This document shows positions 50,332 to 59,717 of a stretch of DNA of 64,000 nt, piece by piece. Within the stretch, counting starts at the first letter, position 1; each line of letters opens with the position of its first letter. The notes under the pieces are model-generated. The model saw only the letters and a list, made by a program, of their open reading frames with translations. It was not told where the DNA came from and searched no databases. Source of the stretch: Candidatus Bathyarchaeum tardum (GTDB lineage: Archaea; Thermoproteota; Bathyarchaeia; Bathyarchaeales; Bathyarchaeaceae). The position numbers and the translations under genes were made by a program. The stretch spans positions 1,632,001 to 1,696,000 of the forward strand of contig CP122380.1 in assembly GCA_024650005.2 (NCBI GenBank). The letters are read 5' to 3'.

Positions 50332-51735
50332 ATGGCTACTCTGAAATGCAGTAATTGTTCGTCAGTTTTTTCAGCATATCCACCCAAACACACATGTGAA
50401 AAATGTGGGAACTTACTTGATTACACATACGATTTTGAGCAACTAAAAGAAGTTGAACTTCCCAAACAGTTCACGTTTTGGAAATTCAAACAATATTTGC
50501 CCGAAATAAAAAATCCTGTCACCTTAGGAGAAGGGGGAACCCCACTACACAAAGCATTACGTTTAGCCAAAAAGTTAGGATTAAACAGTTTGTATTTAAA
50601 AGATGAAACACGAAATCCAACAAATTCTTTCAGAGACCGTTGTGCAGCTCTAATGGTTTCAAACGCTTTAGATCATGGCCATAAGTCCGTGATTTGTGCT
50701 TCTAACGGAAACATGGGAGCATCCATGGCGGCTTACTGTGCAAAATCAGGGTTAACGTGCAATGTTGTTGTTCCAAAAATGGTTGATGTTGGAAAACTGG
50801 CGCAGATGATGATATACGATGCAGTGATTGAAGAACATGGAGAAACCGTTGATGAATCAATTATTCGAGCAGAAGCGCTGGCAAAAGAAACTGGATGGTA
50901 TCAAGCAACAGCAGAATTTAATCCTTTAACTATAGAGGCAGAAAAAACCATCAGCTACGAAGTAGTTGAGCAGTTTGGAGTTCCAGACTGGTTTGTAGTC
51001 TCCATGGGAAACGGAGGAACCATCTATTCGTTATGGAAAGGCTTCAAAGACCTTTACACCTTACAGAGAATAAATAAAATTCCAAAAATGATTGGAGTTC
51101 AAGCCAGTGGCTGTGCACCCATAGTTGAAGCGTACAGAAAAAACAGTTCAGTCGGTCCTAATGCCTGTGAATCGTACACCCATGCTTTAGGAATATTTGT
51201 TAAAAAACCCCTCAACGGAACAAAAGCCCTTCAGGCAATAATAGAATCAGGAGGCGTAGCAATTATGGTTAAAGATTCTGAAATTTTCACTGCAGAAAAA
51301 GAAATTGCAAGTCGTGAAGGTTTATTTGCTGAACCTTCCAGCTCTGCTACAATTGCAGCTCTAAAAAATTTAGTGGTTAATGGAGTTGTAAGAAATGATG
51401 AATCAGTAATCTGTTTGATTACAGGAAGCGGTTTGAAGGCAACTGATGTCCTTCAACAGTTAGTAAAGAAACGAAAAACTGCGAAAGTTGGTTCAGAATT
51501 AAGCACCAAAGAAAAAATTTTACGCATTTTAGCTAACCAAGATACATATGGTTACGATTTATGGAAAAAAATTGGAAAAACAATGACCCGTGCAGCCATT
51601 TATCAACATCTGAATGATTTGTCGAGCCGAGGAGCCCTTGTGTCGTATCAAAGGGAGGGTCGAAAATATTTTCGTATCACAGAACGGGGGCAAAGGGCTT
51701 TGGTTGCTCTTGATGACTTGAAACTGTTACTTTGA
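50332..51735 (+). CDS. threonine synthase-like fold (PLP Lys replaced by Arg) fused to a C-terminal PadR-like wHTH
   Basis: N-terminal Zn ribbon, LGEGGTPL, NPTNSFRDR, SNGNMG, GNGG, EPSS, ITGSGLK; tail TYGYDLWKKI...RAAIYQHLNDL...RKYFRITERG. Confidence 0.85.
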   Translation: MATLKCSNCSSVFSAYPPKHTCEKCGNLLDYTYDFEQLKEVELPKQFTFWKFKQYLPEIKNPVTLGEGGTPLHKALRLAKKLGLNSLYLKDETRNPTNSFRDRCAALMVSNALDHGHKSVICASNGNMGASMAAYCAKSGLTCNVVVPKMVDVGKLAQMMIYDAVIEEHGETVDESIIRAEALAKETGWYQATAEFNPLTIEAEKTISYEVVEQFGVPDWFVVSMGNGGTIYSLWKGFKDLYTLQRINKIPKMIGVQASGCAPIVEAYRKNSSVGPNACESYTHALGIFVKKPLNGTKALQAIIESGGVAIMVKDSEIFTAEKEIASREGLFAEPSSSATIAALKNLVVNGVVRNDESVICLITGSGLKATDVLQQLVKKRKTAKVGSELSTKEKILRILANQDTYGYDLWKKIGKTMTRAAIYQHLNDLSSRGALVSYQREGRKYFRITERGQRALVALDDLKLLL

Positions 51736-51775
51736 AAGAAACTTTTAATAGTATAGTTATAACTACACTATTTTT

Positions 51776-52279
51776 GTGAATCCATTGGCTAAACAAAAAA
51801 AAACTATTACCCAAATTTCTTTGATGGCAGTAATGTCAGCCCTTGTTGCAGTTGGAACTTTAATAATCCGAATACCGAACCCAATGGGCGGATACTTTAA
51901 TGTTGGAGACGTGATGATTTTTGTTGCAGCATTAACATTTAATCCAATAGTTGGAGGCGTAGCAGGAGGATTAGGCTCAGCAATAGCAGATATTATAGGA
52001 TTTCCATTGTTTGCAATTCCAACATTAATAATCAAAGGAATAGAAGGACTGCTTGCAGGGTTAATATCAAACAAGAAAAATGTTTACAGGGACATTTTTG
52101 CAGTGATAGTCGCTGGAACAGAGATGGTTATCGGATATTTCTTGGTTGAAGTTTATCTTTGGGGTGTGGGTGCAGCCTTAGCAGAAGTTCCAGCAAATAT
52201 TGCCCAAATTGCTGTTGGCGGACTGGTTGGAATTCCAATTGCTTTAGTTTTGCGCAGGCGATTACCCGAACTCCTTTAA
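51776..52279 (+). CDS. ECF transporter S component (HmpT/PdxU-like)
   Basis: AVMSAL, GGYFNVGD, GGLGSAIADIIG, TLIIKGIEG, PANIAQ. Confidence 0.88.
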   Translation: MNPLAKQKKTITQISLMAVMSALVAVGTLIIRIPNPMGGYFNVGDVMIFVAALTFNPIVGGVAGGLGSAIADIIGFPLFAIPTLIIKGIEGLLAGLISNKKNVYRDIFAVIVAGTEMVIGYFLVEVYLWGVGAALAEVPANIAQIAVGGLVGIPIALVLRRRLPELL

Positions 52280-52361
52280 CTGAAACATGCGTAAACGTTT
52301 TTTACTTAGCACATACAGTTCTTACTCTCAAAGCGTAAAATCCTAAGCGGACTGATAAAAA

Positions 52362-53084
52362 ATGGTTGGCGACGGAGTGAGGGATCCAAAAAAGCTGAAA
52401 AGGGTTAAAGTTGTTTTTCGGCTGGACCCTTCATCTGTTAAAGAAGTTTTAACTGCCGAAGGCTTTGAAGTTGTGGATAAAAACCCCGATTTTGTTGTTT
52501 GTTACGGAGGGGATGGCACGGTATTGTTTGGAGAAAGAGAGTATCCGGGCGTTCCAAAACTGATTCTGAAAACTTCAAGGGTATGCAGACCTTACGATTA
52601 TGATCCCAATAAATTGAGGGAATATTTGAAAAAAATCAAATCGGGCGATTATCAAATTTATACTGAAATGAAACTAGAGACAACAACTAAAGGCAAAAAA
52701 CTTGTTGGCCTTAATGAAATTCAGATTCATCTCAAGTTGCCGATTTATGCAGTTCGCTTTTCATTTTCTGTTAATGGAAAAAAATATGATGAACTAATCG
52801 GCGATGGCGTGATCGTTTCAACCCCTTTTGGTTCAACTGGATACTACAAAGCAACTGGAGGAAAAATCTTTGAAAAAGGAATTGGAATTTCCTTTAATAA
52901 TTTGCACAACAAAAAAGAGGCAAGTTTGGTTGTTCCAGAAGGTTCAGGAGTGAAATTAAAAGTCACTCGAGGACCTGCATGGCTACTTGCAGATAATAAT
53001 GAAGAGTTTATCGAATTGGACGCTGGTGATTCTGTGGAAATCAAAAAATCAGAAAGTGTCGCAAATTTCATTTACTTTTTTTGA
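52362..53084 (+). CDS. nadK: NAD kinase
   Basis: GGDGT, LNE, GDGVIVSTPFGSTGY motifs. Confidence 0.85.
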   Translation: MVGDGVRDPKKLKRVKVVFRLDPSSVKEVLTAEGFEVVDKNPDFVVCYGGDGTVLFGEREYPGVPKLILKTSRVCRPYDYDPNKLREYLKKIKSGDYQIYTEMKLETTTKGKKLVGLNEIQIHLKLPIYAVRFSFSVNGKKYDELIGDGVIVSTPFGSTGYYKATGGKIFEKGIGISFNNLHNKKEASLVVPEGSGVKLKVTRGPAWLLADNNEEFIELDAGDSVEIKKSESVANFIYFF

Positions 53085-53294
53085 CAATATTTTCTATTAT
53101 CTGATGCTTTAAGTGCTAAAAATCGGTCACAGGGGATCTCGAATTTACGAGCTAGAAAACACTTTTAATATTTGTAGCACTGCACATCGGGTAAAATTCA
53201 GTTGGATGTTGTTGCTTGTTGTGTGCGCTTCTGCTTAAAGCTTTATATTTGTCGTTAGTCATTCAAGGTTTTAATCTGGTGTAGTGGATGAGCG

Positions 53295-56200
53295 GTGACC
53301 GCGAAATTCAATGCTAATTCTAAACTATCTTTGACCCCAAAATATGATCCACTTGAACTTGAAGCAAAGGTTCGTGCTTTTTGGGAAAAAAATCAAATCC
53401 CTAAAAAAATTGCTGAAACCCGAAAACAAAACAGCATAAAACAACTAGGCTACGTTGAAGGTCCCCCCACAATGAACGGGATACCCCATGTGGGACATGC
53501 CCGAGGACGGGTGATTAAAGATTTTCATTACCGCCTTAAAACCATGCAAAACTATTACGTCAGTTTCTGGGCAGGATGGGACACCCAAGGTCTCCCCGTA
53601 GAACTAGAAGTCGAAAAAACTCTGGGCGCGAAAAACAAAAAAGAACTTATCGCTCGAGTCGGAGAAGAAAAATTTGTGGAAGAATGCAAAAAAAGCATCA
53701 TGAAATACCACAAAGAATGGGTTACCGCAGACAATATGCTGGGGTTGTTTATTGACCACGACAAAGCGTACTACACCCATGAGGACCGTTACATAGAACG
53801 GGAATGGCAATACCTCAAACGAGCATGGGAACAAAACCTCCTAGGAGAAGGTCAATATGTTGTTGCATATTGCCCCCATTGCCAGACTTCCCTTAGTAAC
53901 GCAGAGGTAGGTTTAGGTTACAAAGAAGTAGAAGACCCTTCCATGCACTTCAAGTTCCGAGTAAAAGGAACACAAAACGAATATTTCATTGTCTGGACCA
54001 CTATGCCTTTCACCATCGTAACTGATCTGATAATTGGCGTAAACCCCAATGAAGACTACGTCAAAGTCAAGGTTGATAACGAAACATGGATACTGGCAAA
54101 ACAACGCGTTGAGCCAATCATGGAAATCCTAGAAATCGAAAATTATGAAATCATTGAAACCTTCAAAGGCAAAACTCTTGAAGGAATAAAATATGAATAT
54201 CCTCTCGCAGACCTGATTCCTAGACAGGCAGAGTTAGACCAACATCCGTTAATTCACACCGTCGTAACTGAAGACTTTGTTGATGTAACCACTGCAACCG
54301 GAATTGTTCACCTTGCTCCCGCAAACGGTGAAGACGACAATGCTGCAGCCCAAAAACGAGACCTGCCAACGTTTGTCCCTTTTGACGAACAAGCATTGTT
54401 CACCGAAGAAGCAGGCAAATTTGCTGGAAACTTTGTCCGTAAAACAGACATCATGGTAGTAGAAGAATTAGAAAAACAAGGCTTGCTTCTTAAAATCGGA
54501 AAAGTAATACATGAATATCCTACCTGCTGGCGCAGCCATCACAAACTGATTTGGATGGCACGACGGGAATACTTCATTTGGTCAAACAAAATTAACGACA
54601 AAGTAATGCAGGCTGCAAAGAAAGTAAAATATTTCTATGAAAGCCCAAAAAACAGGTTCTTTGCTTTTCTTAAAGAAGGAAAACCTTGGTGCATCTCCCG
54701 AGACCGGGTCTGGGGCTCACCTTTGCCTATATGGGTATGTGAAGAATGTGGCGAAAAAACTTTGGTGGCAACTAAACAAGAAATACGAGAAAAAGCCATT
54801 GACCTACCCTGCCAAGATTTTGAACTCCACAAACCCTGGATAGACCGAATCACCCTGAAATGTGAAAAATGTAACGGCAAAATGTTCAGGGAACCCTTCG
54901 TTTTGGATGTATGGCATAACAGCGGAGCTTCACCTTACGCACGATTCACTGACGAAGAATTCAACACGTTAGTTCCAACTAACTTTTTAACCGAAGCAGT
55001 AGACCAAACCCGAGGCTGGGCAAACTCTCTCCTGTTGGAAAATGTTATTCTAACTGGAAAACCTCAAGCCCCGTACGAAGAATTCTTGTTCCAAGGTTTC
55101 GTATTAGACGCCAAAGGCAGAAAAATGAGCAAAAGCCTAGGAAACGTTCTGGAAACCAAAAAACTGCTTCAAGAAAAATCTTCAGATATTACAAGATTTT
55201 ATTTCCTTTGGAAATGTTCCCCTATCGATTCCATGAATTTTGACCTAAACGAACTAAGAAAAAGACCCTATCAAGTTCTTAGTACCCTGTATCACTTGCA
55301 CAACTTTTTCATGCAAAACGCAGAATACGACCATTTCGACCCAACTATTAATACCCTACCTTGGGCGACAAACCAAAAACTTCTTACTGAACCCGACATG
55401 TGGCTTTTATCCAAAGTCCAAAAACTTGTCAGAAACTACACCAAAAAATCAGAAGAATGCGAATTCAATTTCGCCTTATCTGAACTCGAAGAATTTGTCG
55501 TCAACATCCTGAGCCGAGAATACGTTCCAATGGTCCGAAAAGACCTATGGAGCGACGAGCCTGAAACCCTCAATCGCAGACTCGCAGTTTACTCTACTCT
55601 TTGGCATACCCTAAAGACGCTGGTATTGCTGTTTAACCCAATCTGTCCGTTCCTCAGCGAAACATTGCATCAAGCAGTCTACAAAAAATTAGATTCTTCC
55701 CTTGCAGAAACCGTCAACCTAGAATATTGGCCAACCCCTGACACAAACCTTGAAAATGATGAACTAGAACAAGAATTTACCATTTTACAAGAAACTCTTC
55801 CTATCGTATATTCTGCCCGTCAAAACGCCCAACTTAAACGCCGATGGCCCTTAGCAAAACTAACAATAGTTGCACCAAAAGATGTTCAAAAGGCAATATC
55901 TAAATTGGAAAGCCTGTTTTTGGAACTTGCAAACGTAAAAACCGTTGAATATGCTGATGAACTTCCTGAACTTGACCCTGAATTATGGGCAACTGATTCT
56001 GAAGACCAAACACAGGTTCTGGTTTATAAAGTCCGAGACGACAAACTCGAAGGAGAAGGACTAATGCGAGATCTCGCCCGGCGCGTCCAAGCCCTCCGAA
56101 AAGACCTTGGATTCTCACCCACAGACATAGTTGATGCGGTGTACTTAGCAGAACTTGAACCCCGAAACGCTGAACTCTTGCAGCCTTTCATCGTTGAAAT

Positions 56201-56315
56201 GGAAGAACTTGTTCGCACCAAAAAAATCACCCTTCACGACAATCATGAAAACTTAAACGCCGACTGGCACGAAGACAAACTAGACAAAAAGAAACTTTAC
56301 CTTGCAGTTTTGTAA
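53295..56315 (+). CDS. ileS: isoleucyl-tRNA synthetase
   Basis: GPP..NG.PHVGH, GWDTQGLPVE, WTT.P, WCISR, DQTRGW, KMSKS. Confidence 0.96.
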   Translation: MTAKFNANSKLSLTPKYDPLELEAKVRAFWEKNQIPKKIAETRKQNSIKQLGYVEGPPTMNGIPHVGHARGRVIKDFHYRLKTMQNYYVSFWAGWDTQGLPVELEVEKTLGAKNKKELIARVGEEKFVEECKKSIMKYHKEWVTADNMLGLFIDHDKAYYTHEDRYIEREWQYLKRAWEQNLLGEGQYVVAYCPHCQTSLSNAEVGLGYKEVEDPSMHFKFRVKGTQNEYFIVWTTMPFTIVTDLIIGVNPNEDYVKVKVDNETWILAKQRVEPIMEILEIENYEIIETFKGKTLEGIKYEYPLADLIPRQAELDQHPLIHTVVTEDFVDVTTATGIVHLAPANGEDDNAAAQKRDLPTFVPFDEQALFTEEAGKFAGNFVRKTDIMVVEELEKQGLLLKIGKVIHEYPTCWRSHHKLIWMARREYFIWSNKINDKVMQAAKKVKYFYESPKNRFFAFLKEGKPWCISRDRVWGSPLPIWVCEECGEKTLVATKQEIREKAIDLPCQDFELHKPWIDRITLKCEKCNGKMFREPFVLDVWHNSGASPYARFTDEEFNTLVPTNFLTEAVDQTRGWANSLLLENVILTGKPQAPYEEFLFQGFVLDAKGRKMSKSLGNVLETKKLLQEKSSDITRFYFLWKCSPIDSMNFDLNELRKRPYQVLSTLYHLHNFFMQNAEYDHFDPTINTLPWATNQKLLTEPDMWLLSKVQKLVRNYTKKSEECEFNFALSELEEFVVNILSREYVPMVRKDLWSDEPETLNRRLAVYSTLWHTLKTLVLLFNPICPFLSETLHQAVYKKLDSSLAETVNLEYWPTPDTNLENDELEQEFTILQETLPIVYSARQNAQLKRRWPLAKLTIVAPKDVQKAISKLESLFLELANVKTVEYADELPELDPELWATDSEDQTQVLVYKVRDDKLEGEGLMRDLARRVQALRKDLGFSPTDIVDAVYLAELEPRNAELLQPFIVEMEELVRTKKITLHDNHENLNADWHEDKLDKKKLYLAVL

Positions 56316-56337
56316 TTTTTTTTGGACTTTGTTCATC

Positions 56338-56841
56338 CTATTTTCTGGAAGGTAAAAAATACATTACACGGCTGACTAGACTAACCATTGTAGAAACGAT
56401 AACTCCAACTAAAACTATGCTGTGAACTATTTCCTGAGAAAAAAACAGCGTTAATCCAATTCCACCATACATGAGGCTGCCATAATATTTTCCGATGGGG
56501 TCATAACTTGTTTTTTTAAAGTAAATGCTGCTCAAAATGAATTGACCAAAAACTAAGCAAATCAATAAAACAATCCAGAATGGATAAATTCCTTTAATTA
56601 CAAAAATAAGAAACATTACTGTCACAAAAAGAAAATCTGCAGTTACATCAAAGTAGGAACCCAACTGGGAAGCTGTTTCATACTTTTTTGCCCAGTATCC
56701 ATCCAAAAAATCTGAAAACACTGCAAACAAAAACAACACATATGTTATTGAAGTTATTTCTTGGTTAAACGTGTAAACAAGAAAAGGTAACGCAATAATA
56801 CGAAAAGACGTTATTGCCCACGGCAAATTACCTTTATTCAA
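56338..56841 (-). CDS. CDP-alcohol phosphatidyltransferase family protein
   Basis: DFLDGYWAK...LGSYFDVTAD motif. Confidence 0.85.
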   Translation of the reverse strand: MNKGNLPWAITSFRIIALPFLVYTFNQEITSITYVLFLFAVFSDFLDGYWAKKYETASQLGSYFDVTADFLFVTVMFLIFVIKGIYPFWIVLLICLVFGQFILSSIYFKKTSYDPIGKYYGSLMYGGIGLTLFFSQEIVHSIVLVGVIVSTMVSLVSRVMYFLPSRK

Positions 56842-57409
56842 TTAGAATATCTCTTCCAGCTTGTTTTGCAAGCTCTAGGGGGTCACCTTCATTGGGTGCG
56901 CTAGTAAATAGCGACACAACATCCAAGACTGTTCCATGATGTTCGTCAACTATTTGTTGCATTGTCGCTTCAGCACCTCCATCACTGCCACCAGAAGTAA
57001 CCAACAACACTGTGTCGATCCCATTTAATTCACCAATTCTTTCAACATGACGCTGAATAGTTGCACTTGGACCGTCAGCATAAACTGGGGAACCCAAAAC
57101 CAACAAAGAATAACTTGACAAATCTGTTGGCGCCTGAGAACTCGCAGTGGTTATTTCCACTCGCCAACCATTTTCTACTAATCCATCTGCAAAAGCTTGA
57201 ACCGTATCTTCCATGAACGACGACAACCCCGGATGAAAAATTATCAAAACCGATTCAGTCCCGTTAGCGTTCATGACCTCTAGGTCGCTGGTGTAATCAC
57301 TGTTAATTTTAAAGAGAATAAATCCTAAAACCCCTGCTACAATTACGACAAAAGCTAAAATTGCAATAAGCAAAATTTGTTTCCATTTCTTTTGAGGCAA
57401 AAACTTCAT
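56834..57409 (-). CDS. membrane-anchored flavodoxin-like protein
   Basis: N-terminal TM; DLSSYSLLVLGSPVY flavodoxin strand. Confidence 0.75.
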   Translation of the reverse strand: MKFLPQKKWKQILLIAILAFVVIVAGVLGFILFKINSDYTSDLEVMNANGTESVLIIFHPGLSSFMEDTVQAFADGLVENGWRVEITTASSQAPTDLSSYSLLVLGSPVYADGPSATIQRHVERIGELNGIDTVLLVTSGGSDGGAEATMQQIVDEHHGTVLDVVSLFTSAPNEGDPLELAKQAGRDILIE

Positions 57410-57486
57410 TTTCGTTCCCCTAATTGAAAACTAGACGCTTAACTATATTAGTTTTTAGAACACAATAAAGTTACAGGCTGGAGAAT

Positions 57487-58467
57487 TTGCAGTTGCCACA
57501 AAACATCAAGTTCGGCGTGTTTCTTCCGTTTTATGCTTTCAAAAATAAAATACAGCCTACAAACTTGTTTAACCAACTGAAAAGTGTTGTTTTAAATTGT
57601 GAGCAACTAGGCTACGATTCAATTTGGATAGACGACCACCTGATGTTAGGAACAGCTCCAATTCTTGAATGTTGGACTACCCTTTCAGCCCTTGCTGTTG
57701 TCACTAAAAAAATCAAATTAGGCACCATGGTGACCTGTAATTCTTTCAGAAACCCTGCTTTACTTGCTAAAATGGCTGCAACATTTGATGTCTTGTCTAA
57801 CGGCAGACTAGAATTAGGCATCGGAGCAGGAGTCCAAAAAAACGAACATAACGCATACGGGTTCACGTTTTCGTCAAGCAAAGAAAGAATACAACGTTTG
57901 AATGAATCAGTGGAAATAATAAAGAAACTTTGGACCAAAGAACAGGCAAGCTATCAGGGAAAACATTACAAAATTAACAACGCCGTTTGTGAACCAAAAC
58001 CCCAGCAGAAACCACATCCTCCTATAATCATTGGTGGAGGAGGCGAAAAACTAACCCTGAAAATAACGGCTCGTCTTGCTGACAGATATGATTGGGGGTA
58101 TGTTCATTCTTTTGAAGAGTATGTGCATAAAATGCAGGTTCTTAAAAACCATTGTGCAGTTGTCGGCAGGAACATTGAAGAAATTGAAAAGTCATGTTGG
58201 CCTGTGGGGCAGATTTTTCTTGGTGCAACCAAAAGAGCTGCAAATAAACTAGTTTCCCAAATCTTGCCCATAGGAGTTCGTTTAGAAGAATTTACGCAAA
58301 CAAGTTTTGTTGGCACCCCCGAAGATTTCATGGACTTGATAAAGCCGTATGTAAAGTTGGGTGTGACACAATTTATGCTATTTTTTGGTGACCTACCAGA
58401 AACTACTGGTTTGGAATTATTCGCTCAAAAAGTTATTCGAACATATTCAAGTCAGTTCAGTAGGTAA
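57487..58467 (+). CDS. LLM-class, probably F420-dependent, oxidoreductase
   Basis: GYDSIWIDDH, ECWTTLSALA, RNPALLAKM, SNGRLELGIGAG, PKP.QKPHPPIIIGGGG. Confidence 0.92.
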   Translation: MQLPQNIKFGVFLPFYAFKNKIQPTNLFNQLKSVVLNCEQLGYDSIWIDDHLMLGTAPILECWTTLSALAVVTKKIKLGTMVTCNSFRNPALLAKMAATFDVLSNGRLELGIGAGVQKNEHNAYGFTFSSSKERIQRLNESVEIIKKLWTKEQASYQGKHYKINNAVCEPKPQQKPHPPIIIGGGGEKLTLKITARLADRYDWGYVHSFEEYVHKMQVLKNHCAVVGRNIEEIEKSCWPVGQIFLGATKRAANKLVSQILPIGVRLEEFTQTSFVGTPEDFMDLIKPYVKLGVTQFMLFFGDLPETTGLELFAQKVIRTYSSQFSR

Positions 58468-58472
58468 ATTGG

Positions 58473-59525
58473 TTACATTGGAACAATTGAAAGTATGAAC
58501 ACACCAACTAATACGATGGCGCCAATTTTTCTGTTTGTTGTAATTTCTGACACATCATCCAAAGGTCCGGGATGTTTAGTTGAAGACAAAAACAAGGCTA
58601 AAACAGCCATTGTCCACCACCCTATTAATGCTAACAGAACGATGCCCATGTATGAGATGATTTTGTGGGTTTTATCGTTCATCACGCTTCGGGCAACATG
58701 ACCCCCATCAAACATTCCTGATGGAACAAGATTAAGCATGGTTACGACCATGCCTACCCATCCTGCAAAAGCAACTGGATGTAACATTATTGCTTCTCCT
58801 GCACCATTAGGTTGAAAACCCATTAAGATAATTTGGAATAGCAAAGGAACAGGAAGGAGTGGTGTTTCAGGGTTCAATGGCCCATATGTGGACAGTTGTA
58901 TTCCTATGATTGTTACTATTGTTGCAATGATGAAACCTGTTATTGGTCCTGTGAAACCAATGTCAAAAAGGGCATCCCTGTTTGGTGGAAGGGCTTTTTG
59001 TCTAATAACTGCTCCAAAAGTTCCAATGCCATATGGAAAAGGAATTCCAGGAATAAAATAAGGATAAGTGGCGTCTACTTCATGTTTGTCTGCAAGCAGT
59101 TTATGTCCCATTTCATGAGTGCCCAATATCACCATAATAGCAATAGTGAATAATATGGCTCCTGCAATGTCGCCACCTGCTAGAAAATATCCTGAAATAA
59201 GCAATGTGATTATGGTTGCGAAAAACAATCCAACATTTATTATGTTTCTGCTGGGGTTCACGTGAGGTTTTGCAACAACTCGCAAAATGACTCTTCCGTT
59301 GTTTTTTCTTAAAATGGGTATAAGTTTTAAAGAATCCAATCGGTTTACTAATCTCAGGAAAGCCCGTTTTGTTTCTTGGTTGTATTTAATGTAAAATGTG
59401 GGAATTCCATGTTCAACGTAACTGTCTTCTATGTCAAATTCTGGAATAACAATGTTTTGGATTTCTTCAAATGTGGGGAACTTAATAGAATCAGAAAAAT
59501 CATTGTCAGAAAATGCACAGCACAT
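58473..59525 (-). CDS. site-2 protease (M50)
   Basis: HEMGH, PYFIP, GTFGA, LNLVP..MFDGGH. Confidence 0.93.
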   Translation of the reverse strand: MCCAFSDNDFSDSIKFPTFEEIQNIVIPEFDIEDSYVEHGIPTFYIKYNQETKRAFLRLVNRLDSLKLIPILRKNNGRVILRVVAKPHVNPSRNIINVGLFFATIITLLISGYFLAGGDIAGAILFTIAIMVILGTHEMGHKLLADKHEVDATYPYFIPGIPFPYGIGTFGAVIRQKALPPNRDALFDIGFTGPITGFIIATIVTIIGIQLSTYGPLNPETPLLPVPLLFQIILMGFQPNGAGEAIMLHPVAFAGWVGMVVTMLNLVPSGMFDGGHVARSVMNDKTHKIISYMGIVLLALIGWWTMAVLALFLSSTKHPGPLDDVSEITTNRKIGAIVLVGVFILSIVPM

Positions 59526-59717
59526 TATAACCTTGTATTGAAAGATTCTAATACTATTAGAACCTTATGTAGAATAAAGTAGCATTTTGATTTTTTAAGC
59601 GCACATCAAAAAATTGGCAGGATTTCATCTTCAAAAGTGATGAATAATGTTATTAACTCTTGAACATAATTTTTTCACTAGTCCGTAGGGTTTAAGGACT
59701 AGTTTGATTATCATGGC

